DNA of 64,000 nt, taken from assembly GCA_038061225.1 (NCBI GenBank), contig JBBTZT010000003.1, positions 257,515 to 321,514 of the forward strand, given 5' to 3'. The DNA comes from Patescibacteria group bacterium (GTDB taxonomy: Bacteria > Patescibacteriota > Microgenomatia > UBA8517). How positions within the stretch are numbered: position 1 is the stretch's first letter; the number at the start of each line of letters is the position of its first letter. Shown piece by piece: positions 36,530 to 47,329 of this stretch. The notes beneath the pieces were generated by a model. It saw only the letters and a list, made by a program, of their open reading frames with translations, did no database searches and was not told the origin of the DNA. A program made the position numbers and the translations under genes.

Positions 36530-37902
36530 AGACACCTTTAACTATTAAAGAAACACAAGAAGGATTAAAAGCAAAAAAATTTTCTGCTGTAGAACTAGTT
36601 GATTCATATCTTGCTCAAATTAATAAATATAATAAGGAATTTAATATATTTTTAACTGTCACTGAAGAACAGGCATACAAAAAGGCAAAAGAGATAGACA
36701 GATCAAATTTTCAAAGCCCACTCTCAGGTGTAGTAGTTTCGTACAAAGATATATTTTTAACCAAAGATGTAAGAACTACAGCTGGCTCAAAAATACTTGA
36801 AAGTTATATACCTCCATACTCTGCAACATCAGTTAATAGAATTGAAGCTGCTGGTGCAATCCCAATTGGAAAATTAAATTGTGACGCATTTGCTCATGGA
36901 TCAAGCGGAGAAAATTCTGATTTTGGAGTAACTAAAAACCCTTGGAATAAAGAGTATGTCACAGGTGGGTCTTCAAGTGGCCCTGCGGGTGCAGTTAGCG
37001 CTAATATGTCACTTGTTTCACTTGGTAGTGACACTGGTGGATCAACAAGGCAACCTGCAAATTTTTGTAATTTAGTAGGTCTTAAACCAACTTATGGCGC
37101 TATATCTCGTTATGGAGTCATAGCAATGTCTTCATCTTTAGATACAGTTGGTACATTTACACACACCGTAGGTGACATGGAAATAATGTACGACGTACTA
37201 AGAGGTGAAGATGGATTTGATGGAAATGTTAAAAACTTTGTAAAACCAGAGATAAAAAAGAGATTTAAATTAGGAATAGCTAAAGAATATTTTATAGATG
37301 GACTTGATGCTGAAGTTGAAAAAATGATTTTTGAAGTTAAAAAAACCTATGAAAAAATGGGGATTGAAGTTGTTGAAATATCACTTCCCCATACAAAATA
37401 TATGGTTCCAGTCTATTACATAATTCAGCCAGCCGAAGTATCAAGTAATTTGGGAAGATTTGATGGAATAAGATATGGAAATAATAGAAATAGTTTTGGC
37501 GAGGAAGCAAAACGAAGAATAATGCTTGGTAGTTATATACTCTCAGCTGGTTACTATGATGAATATTATGAAAAAGCTATGAAAGTTAGAACTAAAATAA
37601 TTAATGATTTTGATGAAGCTTTTAAAACAGTTGATGCGATTATTTCGCCTGTTTCTCCAACACCTCCATTTAAACTTGGTGAGAATACTAAAGATCCTTT
37701 AAAAATGTATTTAGAAGATGTTTATACAACTACTGCAAATTTAGTAGGTATACCATCATTAGCATTACCATCAACATTTTCTACGTCAGGCCTTCCTATT
37801 GGTTTCCAAATCATGGGGCCAAGGTTTTCTGAACATGCACTTTTTGAATTAGGAAGAAAATATCATCAAGAAATAGATTACAAACCCAAAATCGCATTAT
37901 GA
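36526..37902 (+). CDS. gatA: Asp/Glu-tRNA amidotransferase subunit A
   Basis: Amidase signature GGSSSG, GSDTGGSTRQPA, SSNLGRFDGIRYG, KRRIMLG. Confidence 0.95.
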   Translation: MKTPLTIKETQEGLKAKKFSAVELVDSYLAQINKYNKEFNIFLTVTEEQAYKKAKEIDRSNFQSPLSGVVVSYKDIFLTKDVRTTAGSKILESYIPPYSATSVNRIEAAGAIPIGKLNCDAFAHGSSGENSDFGVTKNPWNKEYVTGGSSSGPAGAVSANMSLVSLGSDTGGSTRQPANFCNLVGLKPTYGAISRYGVIAMSSSLDTVGTFTHTVGDMEIMYDVLRGEDGFDGNVKNFVKPEIKKRFKLGIAKEYFIDGLDAEVEKMIFEVKKTYEKMGIEVVEISLPHTKYMVPVYYIIQPAEVSSNLGRFDGIRYGNNRNSFGEEAKRRIMLGSYILSAGYYDEYYEKAMKVRTKIINDFDEAFKTVDAIISPVSPTPPFKLGENTKDPLKMYLEDVYTTTANLVGIPSLALPSTFSTSGLPIGFQIMGPRFSEHALFELGRKYHQEIDYKPKIAL

Positions 37903-39182
37903 TTTACCAAATTATTATTGGCCTTGAAATACATATAGAGCCAAATACAAAATCTAAAATGTTTTGTGGTTGTCAAGAGGATCATTTTGGTGCAAAACCC
38001 AATACTCAAACTTGCCCAATTTGTTTAGGTTTACCAGGAGCTCTCCCAATTGCAAACAGTGAAGCAATTAAAAAAACAATGCAGTTGGGATTGGCGCTTG
38101 GATCTAATATTTCAAAAATAAGTAAATTCTATAGGAAACATTATTTTTATCCAGATTTAGCAAAAAGCTATCAAATTAGTCAAAAAGACAACCCATTTTG
38201 TATTGGCGGAAGTTTAATGGGTAAAAAGATAAACCATATTCACTTGGAAGAAGATGCAGGTAAATTAATCCATTCTAAAGATGAGTCACTTATTGATTTT
38301 AATAGATCAGGTTGCGCATTAATTGAAATGGTTACAGAACCAGTATTCCATGATATCTCTGAAGTTATGTCTTTTGTAAAAGAACTTCAGCTGGTTGTTA
38401 GATACTTAGATATTAGCAATGCTGACATGGAAAAAGGAACAATGAGACTTGAAGCCAACATCTCACTTTCTACTAGTGAAAAATTACCCAACTACAAAGT
38501 TGAATTAAAAAATATTAATTCGTTTAAATTTTTAGAGAAAGCAATTAAAACAGAAATTGAGCGTCAAACTAATGCGCTTAACAGCGGCCAGAAGCTGGCT
38601 CAAGAAACTAGAGGCTATGACGAAAAAACAAAAACTACATTCTCTCAAAGAACAAAAGCAGACTCAGACGATTATAGATATTTTCCAGAACCAGATATTA
38701 CTCCAATTGAGATTCCCGGATCAATGATCCTAGATCTAAGATCTAGGATACCAGAACTGCCAGAACAGAAACGCAAAAGATTTGCAGAGAAATATAAACT
38801 ATCTTCAGATTATATAAATATTTTAGTTTCTGATTTAGAAAGAGCAAATTATTTTGAAAAGGCCTGCAGTTTAAGTAAAGAATATAAAACTATTGCAAAT
38901 TTAATAATTAACAAAAATTTTGATAAAGAATATCCTGAACCTGCTGGACTTGTAAAAAAGATTTATGATTTAGGATCTAAGATGTATGAGTCAGCAAAAG
39001 TAACAAAAAATGCAGTAGAGAAAGTATTGATAGATAATCCTGATATTGTAACAAGTTATAAAAATGGTAAAGGTCAAGTAATTGGATTTTTAATAGGCCA
39101 AGTGCAAAAGAAATTAAAAGGGAAAGGAAATCCTAAACTTGTTAATGATAAAATAGTAGAATTGATTAGAAAGAATTTTTAA
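37899..39182 (+). CDS. gatB: Asp/Glu-tRNA amidotransferase subunit B
   Basis: IGLEIH, RKHYFYPDL, HLEEDAGK, ELKNINSF, DYRYFPEPD. Confidence 0.95.
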   Translation: MIYQIIIGLEIHIEPNTKSKMFCGCQEDHFGAKPNTQTCPICLGLPGALPIANSEAIKKTMQLGLALGSNISKISKFYRKHYFYPDLAKSYQISQKDNPFCIGGSLMGKKINHIHLEEDAGKLIHSKDESLIDFNRSGCALIEMVTEPVFHDISEVMSFVKELQLVVRYLDISNADMEKGTMRLEANISLSTSEKLPNYKVELKNINSFKFLEKAIKTEIERQTNALNSGQKLAQETRGYDEKTKTTFSQRTKADSDDYRYFPEPDITPIEIPGSMILDLRSRIPELPEQKRKRFAEKYKLSSDYINILVSDLERANYFEKACSLSKEYKTIANLIINKNFDKEYPEPAGLVKKIYDLGSKMYESAKVTKNAVEKVLIDNPDIVTSYKNGKGQVIGFLIGQVQKKLKGKGNPKLVNDKIVELIRKNF

Positions 39183-39186
39183 AAAA

Positions 39187-39828
39187 ATGGCTGATATAAA
39201 TGTTGACTACATACATGGTATAGCCAATAAAGTTAATGATCGATTTGGCAATATCAGAGATGAATCCGGCAAGAAAATTCTTGAGACAAAAAATGGCACT
39301 TCAATTATAAGTGATTACGAAGACGCAGAACGAGATAAGGATCTATCCTCAAGAGATCCATTAACAAACCTTCATAATAGAAGATATCTCGAGGATATTG
39401 TTTCAAATGATGTTCGCAATAGGAGAACTGATTTTGGAATTTTATTAATAGATATTGATCATTTTAAATCTGTAAATGACATCTATGGTCACCATATTGG
39501 AGATGAAGTATTAAAAGCTGTTGCGTCAGAGATACAAAACGTCACAAGACCTGGTGACTTAGCTGTTAGATACGGTGGAGAGGAATTTGTAATTTATTTA
39601 ACTAGAATTAAGGACAGATTGAGTTTAGAAGCAGCTGCAGAAAGAGTTAGAGAAAACGTTGAAAATGTTGATTTTAAAAAATATGGATTAAAAAATTGCA
39701 CGATAAGCGTAGGGGGTACATTATTTTCACCTATTAAAGACCAGAGTTGGAAAAACGTGGTAAGCAGGGCGGATAAATTAATGTATGAAGCAAAGACTAC
39801 TGGTCGAAATAAAGTTGTTGTGGCATAA
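39187..39828 (+). CDS. Diguanylate cyclase (GGDEF domain)
   Basis: DPLTNLHNRR, DIDHFKSVND.YGH..GD, RPGD I-site, RYGGEEF, ADKLMYEAK..GRN. Confidence 0.92.
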   Translation: MADINVDYIHGIANKVNDRFGNIRDESGKKILETKNGTSIISDYEDAERDKDLSSRDPLTNLHNRRYLEDIVSNDVRNRRTDFGILLIDIDHFKSVNDIYGHHIGDEVLKAVASEIQNVTRPGDLAVRYGGEEFVIYLTRIKDRLSLEAAAERVRENVENVDFKKYGLKNCTISVGGTLFSPIKDQSWKNVVSRADKLMYEAKTTGRNKVVVA

Positions 39829-39836
39829 TTTGTTTA

Positions 39837-42800
39837 ATGACTAAATTTGTTCATCTTCATAATCACACAGAATATTCGCTTCTTGATGGACTTTCACGAA
39901 TAAAAAGATTGTTTACATATGTAAGAGAAAACAATATGGATGCAATTGCTATAACAGATCATGGCGCTATGTATGGTGCTATTGAATTTTTTAAAGAGGG
40001 AAAAAGACAAGAAGTTAAACCAATAATAGGTCTTGAAGGTTATGTAACTCGTGATATGAAGGAAAAAATTAAGGATAATTATCACATTACTCTGCTTGCT
40101 AAAAACTATCAAGGTTATAAAAATTTAATGGAATTAACTTCAATTGCTCATATTGAAGGCTATTATTATAGACCAAGATTTACAAAAGAAATATTAAAAG
40201 AACATTCAAAAGGAATTATTTGTTTTTCGGGTTGTCCACAAGCTGAAATACCTCAATTTTTAATAGACGGAAATTTTAAAGAAGCAAAAAAACTTACCCA
40301 GTGGTACGCAGATTGTTTTAAAGATGATTTTTATATTGAACTACAAAGACATAATTATGGGAAAATACTACCAACAATTTCAGATCAAGCTTTGCATGCC
40401 TCACTTTCTGAAATTGAAAAAAATTGTAATAAAATTGAGGAAGGTGTAATTAAATTAAGCAGAACATTAGGTATTCCACTAGTTGCTACTAACGATTGTC
40501 ATTATATTAGAAAAGAAGATGCCGAGGCGCAAGATGCATTAGTTTGTATAGCAACAGGCAAAAATGTCTCTGACATAAAAAGATTAAGATACGTCGATAA
40601 TCCCGATTTCTATGTTAAAACTCCCGATGAAATGGAAGAAATATTTAATGACCTTCCTGATGCTATAGAAAACACAGTCAAAATTGCAGATAAATGTAAT
40701 CTTGAAATTCCATTAGGTTCTTGGTCATTCCCAAAATTTAATCTACCTAAAGGAAAAACAGATGCTGTGTATTTAGAAGAACTTGTAGCTAAAATTCTTC
40801 CTGAAAAGATTGAAAAAATAACTAAAGAAATAAAAGAAAGAATTAATTATGAATTAAATATTATAAACACCAAAGGTTATGCCCCTTACTTCTTAATAGT
40901 GATGGATATGGTTAATTGGTGTCTTGAAAATGGTATCATAACAAACACCAGAGGTTCTGCTGCAGGTTCTCTTGTGTCATATGTTTTAGGAATTACTACA
41001 GTTAATCCACTAACATACAACTTACCTTTTGAAAGGTTTTTAAACCCATACAGACCTTCTCCACCTGACATTGATTTTGATATATCAGATAATAGACGAG
41101 AAGATGTTATTAAGTATATAACTGATACATATGGAGTAGAAAAAGTTGCTCAAGTTTGTACTTTTGGCAGAATGCTTGCTAAAGCTGCTGTTAGAGATAT
41201 TGCAAGAGTTCTAGGTTACCCATATGCAACGGGAGATAAAATTGCAAAACTTATTCCACTTGGAAGCCAAGGTTTTGCTATGACAATGGAAAGAGCATTA
41301 AGTGAAACTCCTGATTTAAAAACTCTCTATGAAAATGATGCTGATACTAAAAAAATAATAGATCTAGCTATAGGAGTTGAAGGTAATGCAAGACATCTAT
41401 CGGTCCATGCTGCGGGAGTCGTTGTAGCTCCAACTAAATTAACAGATTTCGCGCCAATACAAAAAGAACCATCTGGAGAAAAAGTCATTACTCAATATGA
41501 AATGCATGCTTGTGAAGACGTGGGTTTAATCAAATTTGACGTACTGGGAATAAGAAATTTATCAATTTTGGGTAATGCTATAAAAATAGTTAAGGATACT
41601 AAAGGTGTTGATATTAATTTACAAAAAATTGACATTCACAATAAAAAAACATTTGAAATGTTATCTCGCGGCGAAACAATGGGGACATTTCAACTTAATG
41701 GTTCTGGTATGACTAAATTTTTAAAAGAACTAAAACCTACTAGAGTTGAAGATATTATGGCAATGGTAGCTTTATACCGTCCTGGTCCTTTGGCTGTTAT
41801 TCCAGAATATATATCTCGCAAAAATAATCCAAAACTTGTTAAATATTTAGATCCTAGAATGGAAAAGTTCTTGAACATGTCATATGGTTTAATTGTTTAT
41901 CAAGATGATCTATTATTCTGTGCTATTGATCTTGCTGGTTATTCGTGGGAAGAAGCGGATAAATTTAGAAAAGCGGTTGGTAAAAAAATACCTGAAGAGA
42001 TGGCTGCTCAGAAAGATAAATTTATAAAAGGAATTGTTGAAAATGGCCAAACAAAAAAATTTGCTGAAGAATTATGGATGTTATTTGAACCATTTCAATC
42101 ATATGGATTTAACAAAGCTCATGCTGCTTCGTATGGGATGGTAGCTTACTATACAGCTTATATGAAGGCAAACTATCCAGTTGAATATATGAATGCGTTG
42201 TTAACTGCAGAGAGCTCAGATTCTGTTAAAGTAAGCCAAGCTGTCCATGAATGTAGAAGGATGGGTATTGGAGTTTTCCCTCCTGATATAAATGAAAGTC
42301 AAACAGATTTTACTATTATAAATAAGCAGAGCTTGCCACTTCGTGGTAAAAGAGATATTCGTTTTGGACTTTCAGCTATTAAAAATGTTGGTGCTATAGC
42401 AATTGAAGCTATACTTGATGTTAGAAAAGCAGGTTTATTCCTATCTTTTACTGATTTTGTAAACCGTGTTGATGGCCGAAAAGTAAATAAAAGAGTTTTA
42501 GAGAGTCTAATTAAAGTAGGGGCAATGGAAAAGTTTGGTAAAAAGACTGCCTTACTATCTGCAATGGATATGATTAAGGCAAAACTTTCTAAATCAAAAG
42601 ATAATAATGGTCAGTCAGGTTTATTTTCAGAAGAAGATGAATCTAAGATTTCAGCTTTTGTTTCAGATTCTTCTCTAATTGATAACTCAATTGATGATTT
42701 TACGGACGAGGAAAGAGAAAACTTTGAGAGGCAACTTCTTGGTTTTTCAATATCTGCAAAACCAATAAATGAATTACTTGATCCTTTAGAAAATAATACG

Positions 42801-43109
42801 ACACATAAAATATTTGAACTTAATCCTGAAGAACAAAGGGGTAAAACAGTCAAAATTGCAGCTATAATTCGTGAAGCTAGAGTAATTTTAACCAAGAAAA
42901 ATAATTCCGAAATGGCTTTTGTTAAAGCTGAAGATACTACTGGAGTTGTTGATATGGTAGTTTTCCCCAAGATTTATCAAGATGTTAAAAACTTACTAGT
43001 TGATGGAAAAGTGGTTTTAATAACTGGAAAAGTTGAATCCAGAGAAGATGAAATTTCATTTATCGCAGAGCGTATAGAACTTGTAGAAACTATGGTTGAG
43101 AGTAAATAG
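39837..43109 (+). CDS. dnaE: DNA polymerase III subunit alpha
   Basis: HLHNHTEYSLLDG, RGSAAGS, PDIDFD, HAAGVV, FNKAHAASY, IRFGLSAIKNVG. Confidence 0.97.
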   Translation: MTKFVHLHNHTEYSLLDGLSRIKRLFTYVRENNMDAIAITDHGAMYGAIEFFKEGKRQEVKPIIGLEGYVTRDMKEKIKDNYHITLLAKNYQGYKNLMELTSIAHIEGYYYRPRFTKEILKEHSKGIICFSGCPQAEIPQFLIDGNFKEAKKLTQWYADCFKDDFYIELQRHNYGKILPTISDQALHASLSEIEKNCNKIEEGVIKLSRTLGIPLVATNDCHYIRKEDAEAQDALVCIATGKNVSDIKRLRYVDNPDFYVKTPDEMEEIFNDLPDAIENTVKIADKCNLEIPLGSWSFPKFNLPKGKTDAVYLEELVAKILPEKIEKITKEIKERINYELNIINTKGYAPYFLIVMDMVNWCLENGIITNTRGSAAGSLVSYVLGITTVNPLTYNLPFERFLNPYRPSPPDIDFDISDNRREDVIKYITDTYGVEKVAQVCTFGRMLAKAAVRDIARVLGYPYATGDKIAKLIPLGSQGFAMTMERALSETPDLKTLYENDADTKKIIDLAIGVEGNARHLSVHAAGVVVAPTKLTDFAPIQKEPSGEKVITQYEMHACEDVGLIKFDVLGIRNLSILGNAIKIVKDTKGVDINLQKIDIHNKKTFEMLSRGETMGTFQLNGSGMTKFLKELKPTRVEDIMAMVALYRPGPLAVIPEYISRKNNPKLVKYLDPRMEKFLNMSYGLIVYQDDLLFCAIDLAGYSWEEADKFRKAVGKKIPEEMAAQKDKFIKGIVENGQTKKFAEELWMLFEPFQSYGFNKAHAASYGMVAYYTAYMKANYPVEYMNALLTAESSDSVKVSQAVHECRRMGIGVFPPDINESQTDFTIINKQSLPLRGKRDIRFGLSAIKNVGAIAIEAILDVRKAGLFLSFTDFVNRVDGRKVNKRVLESLIKVGAMEKFGKKTALLSAMDMIKAKLSKSKDNNGQSGLFSEEDESKISAFVSDSSLIDNSIDDFTDEERENFERQLLGFSISAKPINELLDPLENNTTHKIFELNPEEQRGKTVKIAAIIREARVILTKKNNSEMAFVKAEDTTGVVDMVVFPKIYQDVKNLLVDGKVVLITGKVESREDEISFIAERIELVETMVESK

Positions 43110-43133
43110 ATTTTAATATATAATACTTCTCAA

Positions 43134-43493
43134 ATGGCATTAAGAATTAAACACAAAGAAATAGAATTTGGTGTTGGGGATAAAATAAAAGTCTTCCAGA
43201 AAATCAAAGAGGGTGAAAAAACTAGAATTGCTTTTTTTGAGGGTATGGTTTTATCTATTAGTGGCAGGGAGGATAGAAAAATGTTTACTGTTAGAAGAAT
43301 TGGTGAAGCAGCAATTGGCATAGAAAGAATCTTTCCAATTTCCTTACCTACAATTGAAAAAATAGAAGTTATTAAAAAAGGTACAATGGGAGTAAATCGT
43401 GCCAAGTTATATTACACCAGAGATAAATCCACAAAAGAAATAGATAAAATATATTCAAGATCCAAAAGAAAAGAATTATCTAAAAAGAAATGA
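43134..43493 (+). CDS. rplS: 50S ribosomal protein L19
   Basis: FGVGDKIKV..KIKEGEK.R...FEG, FTVRRI, GIERIFP, RAKLYY. Confidence 0.95.
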   Translation: MALRIKHKEIEFGVGDKIKVFQKIKEGEKTRIAFFEGMVLSISGREDRKMFTVRRIGEAAIGIERIFPISLPTIEKIEVIKKGTMGVNRAKLYYTRDKSTKEIDKIYSRSKRKELSKKK

Positions 43494-44008
43494 TAATTTT
43501 AGGAATTGATCCTGGGACAGCAACTACTGGTTTTGGTTGTATTGAAGTAACAGATATTTCAGCCATTTCAGGCAATGGTCTTCGTGTCGTTGAATGGGGC
43601 TTAATTGAAACAAACAAAGAACTTCTCAAAGAAGAACGTCTAGAAATTATCTACGAAAAAACTTTAAAATTGATAGAAAAATTTTCACCTGATGCTTTTA
43701 TTTTTGAAAAAGTGTTTTTTGCTAATAATGCAAAAACTGTAATTGCTGTTGGACAAGCACAGGGTGTAATGCTCTTGGCTGCAAGAAAATTAAATATATT
43801 TGTAGCTGAGTATGCACCTGGGACAATTAAGAAAATGATTACAGGTAGTGGTAGGGCAAATAAAAAAGAAGTACAAATTCATGTCAGAAAAATTTTAGGT
43901 AAAAAGATAAAAAGTAAAAAAGGTAAAAAAACTCATTTTGACAATGCGGTCGATGCTCTAGCAATAGCTATGACACATGCAATGAAAATTTATGGAAAAG
44001 ATGTTTAA
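43490..44008 (+). CDS. ruvC: Holliday junction resolvase RuvC
   Basis: ILGIDPG...TGFG, EKVFF, EYAP..IKK..TGSGRANK, DALAIA. Confidence 0.95.
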   Translation: MIILGIDPGTATTGFGCIEVTDISAISGNGLRVVEWGLIETNKELLKEERLEIIYEKTLKLIEKFSPDAFIFEKVFFANNAKTVIAVGQAQGVMLLAARKLNIFVAEYAPGTIKKMITGSGRANKKEVQIHVRKILGKKIKSKKGKKTHFDNAVDALAIAMTHAMKIYGKDV

Positions 44009-44267
44009 AATTGGAAAAGTAATTAATTATTATGAAAAAATTGGAATCACTATTGTTAAACTTAGTGCTCCTCTTTCAGTTGGAGATAAAATAAAGTTTT
44101 ACAAAGATGGTGAGTTAATTTTATATCAACAAATTGAAAGAATTATTATGAATCAAAAAAATATTCCCTTCGCAAATTCTAAAGATGTGGTAGCATTAGT
44201 TTTAGATGAAAAAGTACAAAAAGGGTCAGAAGTCTACAAAACAGGTCAGTTGGGAACTAGCTCCTGA
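43992..44267 (+). CDS. Small beta-barrel protein (EF-Tu domain 2 / U32 C-terminal-like)
   Basis: IGKVINYYEKIG...LSVGDKI...KGSEVYK. Confidence 0.6.
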   Translation: MEKMFKIGKVINYYEKIGITIVKLSAPLSVGDKIKFYKDGELILYQQIERIIMNQKNIPFANSKDVVALVLDEKVQKGSEVYKTGQLGTSS

Positions 44268-44634
44268 TATAGAAACAAGAACTCAGAAATTAATTAAGGC
44301 GTTAGAACTTGAATGGCTTTCATATGGCAGAATTTTCTATTATAGATCAATAAATTCAAAGGCCAGAGCTTATGCTCGCGCATGGGGACTGCCAAGACTT
44401 TGGCAAAGAACCCTAAATGTTGAACCTGCCTATATTGTAGAGGTTATTTCTGAACATTTTGATTCGCTATCTCTAAAAGAACAAGATAAAGTATTACTTC
44501 ACGAATTGACACATATTCCAAGAAATTTCTCAGGTGCGCTTGTGGCTCATACTAGACACAAAAAAGGGAGTTTCCATGATAAACTGGATTTATTAATAGA
44601 AAAATACCATGCGGATAATAATATTACACGGTGA
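44206..44634 (+). CDS. Putative metallopeptidase (HExxH)
   Basis: ARAYARAWG, KVLLHELTHIP; start uncertain. Confidence 0.75.
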   Translation: MKKYKKGQKSTKQVSWELAPDIETRTQKLIKALELEWLSYGRIFYYRSINSKARAYARAWGLPRLWQRTLNVEPAYIVEVISEHFDSLSLKEQDKVLLHELTHIPRNFSGALVAHTRHKKGSFHDKLDLLIEKYHADNNITR

Positions 44635-45160
44635 TGATGTAGTAAAAAGTTACGACAGACTTCAAAAGTTTGTCGGAGAGGCGAAACACCGATCATGGAA
44701 GATTACAGAATTTAGTTTAGAAGAAGTTACTAATCAAAGTCTCTTTGGCGAAGAATCCTTTTACGTGCTTCACGATTATAAAATATTAACTAAGAAAATT
44801 TTAGAAAAACTACAGAAATATTCTGGTAATCTAATCGTTTATAACCAAGGAAAAATTCCTGCACCAACTTTAAAGAATTTAGGAGCAAATAAAATTGAAT
44901 TGTTTGAACTACCACAGTTATTATGGAAATTCTTGGATAATATGACAATAATGGGTCTTCATGAGCTTATTAAATCACAAGCGGTTGAATATATATTAGC
45001 TATGATGGCTTGGAAATTTAAACAAAACTACCTTAAAAACTCATCAGAAAAAAATGCTAAATTAATTTCAGATCTTGCAGAAATAGATATTAAATCTAAG
45101 ACCGGAAAAGCAGATTTACTATTATCCCTTGACTTATTACTCTCAAAAAAGTTAGTATAA
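44609..45160 (+). CDS. Reduced DNA polymerase III delta (HolA)-like protein
   Basis: IIILHGDD, QSLFG, C-terminal DIKSKTG...L.LLL. Confidence 0.6.
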   Translation: MRIIILHGDDVVKSYDRLQKFVGEAKHRSWKITEFSLEEVTNQSLFGEESFYVLHDYKILTKKILEKLQKYSGNLIVYNQGKIPAPTLKNLGANKIELFELPQLLWKFLDNMTIMGLHELIKSQAVEYILAMMAWKFKQNYLKNSSEKNAKLISDLAEIDIKSKTGKADLLLSLDLLLSKKLV

Positions 45161-46543
45161 ATGACTATTATGATTGACCCATCAATTTTCAGAGATTATG
45201 ACATTAGAGCAATAATTCCTACTCAACTTGACCAAGAAGGCGTGAGACGAATTGCAAAAGCTATTGTTAAAATATTCACGCCAAAAACAATGCAAGTTGG
45301 TCGCGACATGAGGGTTTCTTCTCCTGAATTTCAGAAAATTTTTATAGATACTGTCATCGATTGCGGTGTAAGTGTAGTTGATCTGGGACTTATATCAACT
45401 GATATGTTGTATTTTGCCTCAGGTAAATATGACGAAGATATGTCTATTACTTTGAGTGCGTCTCATAATCCACCTGAATATAACGGAATGAAAATAGTTA
45501 AAAAAGGTGCAGTGGCCGTAAGTGGTCAAAGTGGAATTTACGATATTAGAGATCTAGTAATGTCTGATGATAAATTAAATTTTAATAAAACGACTAAAGG
45601 ACAATTGACACAACGCAATGTAATAAACGAGTATGTAAATCATGTATTAAGTTTTATTGATGTTTCTAAAATGAAGCCATTTAATGTTGTAGTTGATACA
45701 GGTAATGGAATGGCTGGCTATTTTATGCCCTTTTTTGAGGAAAAGTTACCATGGAAGGTGGCAAGATTGTTTTATGAATTAGATGGAACTTTTCCAAATC
45801 ATACTCCAAGCCCAATAGAACTTAAAAATATGCAAGATGTTATAAATAAAGTTAACGAAACTAAAGCTGATGTGGGTATGGCATTCGATGGGGATGGAGA
45901 TAGAGTATTCTTAGTTGATGAAACGGGTAGATATATCACTGGAACTTTGATGACGGCAATGATTGCTGAAAATCTATCTATAAAACATCCTGGACAAAAA
46001 ATATTATATAACGCCGTGATAGGTAGAATTGTTCCAGAAATTATTAAAAAATACGGAGGAGACCCGATGCGTGTGCGTGTTGGACACACTTTGATTAAAG
46101 AAGATATGAGAAAATATAACGGCTTGTTTTGCGGTGAACATTCGGGACACTATTTTTTTAGGGATAACTATTTTGCGGATTCGGCAATTATTGCAGCGTT
46201 ATTAGTTTTAGAACTAATGTCTGTAAAGAATAAGAAACTTTCCGAGGTGATAGATGAATATAATAAATATTCTGCATTACAGAGCGAAATTAATTTTGTA
46301 GTTGCAGAGAAAGAAGATGTGATGAAAAAAATTGAAGCAAGGTATAAAAATGATGCAAAATCTATTGACTGGCTTGATGGAGTAAGTATTTGGTTTGATG
46401 ATTGGTGGTTTAATGTCAGACAATCAAACACAGAACCCTTATTAAGATTAAATGTTGAAGCTGATAACGATAAACTATTAGAAGAAAAAACCAAAGAATT
46501 AATAACCTCTATAGAATCTTTGGGAGGAAAAGAGAAAGTATAA
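45161..46543 (+). CDS. Phosphomannomutase/phosphoglucomutase
   Basis: IFRDYDIR, SASHNPPEYNGMK, FDGDGDR, GEHSGH, SNTEPLLRLNVE. Confidence 0.93.
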   Translation: MTIMIDPSIFRDYDIRAIIPTQLDQEGVRRIAKAIVKIFTPKTMQVGRDMRVSSPEFQKIFIDTVIDCGVSVVDLGLISTDMLYFASGKYDEDMSITLSASHNPPEYNGMKIVKKGAVAVSGQSGIYDIRDLVMSDDKLNFNKTTKGQLTQRNVINEYVNHVLSFIDVSKMKPFNVVVDTGNGMAGYFMPFFEEKLPWKVARLFYELDGTFPNHTPSPIELKNMQDVINKVNETKADVGMAFDGDGDRVFLVDETGRYITGTLMTAMIAENLSIKHPGQKILYNAVIGRIVPEIIKKYGGDPMRVRVGHTLIKEDMRKYNGLFCGEHSGHYFFRDNYFADSAIIAALLVLELMSVKNKKLSEVIDEYNKYSALQSEINFVVAEKEDVMKKIEARYKNDAKSIDWLDGVSIWFDDWWFNVRQSNTEPLLRLNVEADNDKLLEEKTKELITSIESLGGKEKV

Positions 46544-47307
46544 TGGACATATTAGGATTTAAAAAATTTTCCGAAAATTTAACTCTTCAGGCGGGAAAGG
46601 TTCTTTTAGATTATCAAAATAAGTTTAAAATAGTCAATCAAAAAGATATCCAGGATATCGCAACTTCGGCAGATATTGCTTCAGAGGAATATATTATTAC
46701 AACTATACTGACTAAATATCCAACACATGGAATTATCTCAGAAGAAAAAGGAGGTATAAATACCGAATCAGAATATAAATGGATAATTGATCCTCTTGAT
46801 GGAACAAAAGAATATGTTCGTGGTATACCTCAATGGAATTGTTCAATCGTTTTACAATTCAAAAACGAAACTATTGTAGCTTGTGTCTATCGCCCGTATG
46901 AAAATGTGATGTATTCTGCAGGCAAAAGTTTAGGAAGTTTCAAAAACGGAGAAAATATCTATGTCTCAGATATTAACAATCTAGAGAATTCTTTTATCTA
47001 TTGCTATATTCCATCTTTTAAAAGAAATCAGGATAAATATGATTGGGCATTTGGTAAGTTAAAAGAAATTGGTAAAAAATCGTATAGATTAAGAGCTTTG
47101 GCAGATGAAAACACTGCTCTTTGTTGGTTGGCTTCGGGCGGGTGTGAAGCATATTTAAATTTATCCAATCCTCCAAAAGATCATGATATTTTACCTGGAC
47201 TTTTTATTGCAAAAGAAGCAGGGGCATTTAATTCAGTTAATGAAATTCCATTAGTTGTTGCAAATAGTGAAGATGTATATAATGAAATTTATAAGATACT
47301 TAAATGA
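46543..47307 (+). CDS. Inositol monophosphatase family protein
   Basis: TSAD, SEE, WIIDPLDGT, D..PGLFIAKEAG. Confidence 0.88.
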   Translation: MDILGFKKFSENLTLQAGKVLLDYQNKFKIVNQKDIQDIATSADIASEEYIITTILTKYPTHGIISEEKGGINTESEYKWIIDPLDGTKEYVRGIPQWNCSIVLQFKNETIVACVYRPYENVMYSAGKSLGSFKNGENIYVSDINNLENSFIYCYIPSFKRNQDKYDWAFGKLKEIGKKSYRLRALADENTALCWLASGGCEAYLNLSNPPKDHDILPGLFIAKEAGAFNSVNEIPLVVANSEDVYNEIYKILK

Positions 47308-47329
47308 ATTTAAGTGAAGATTATACAAA

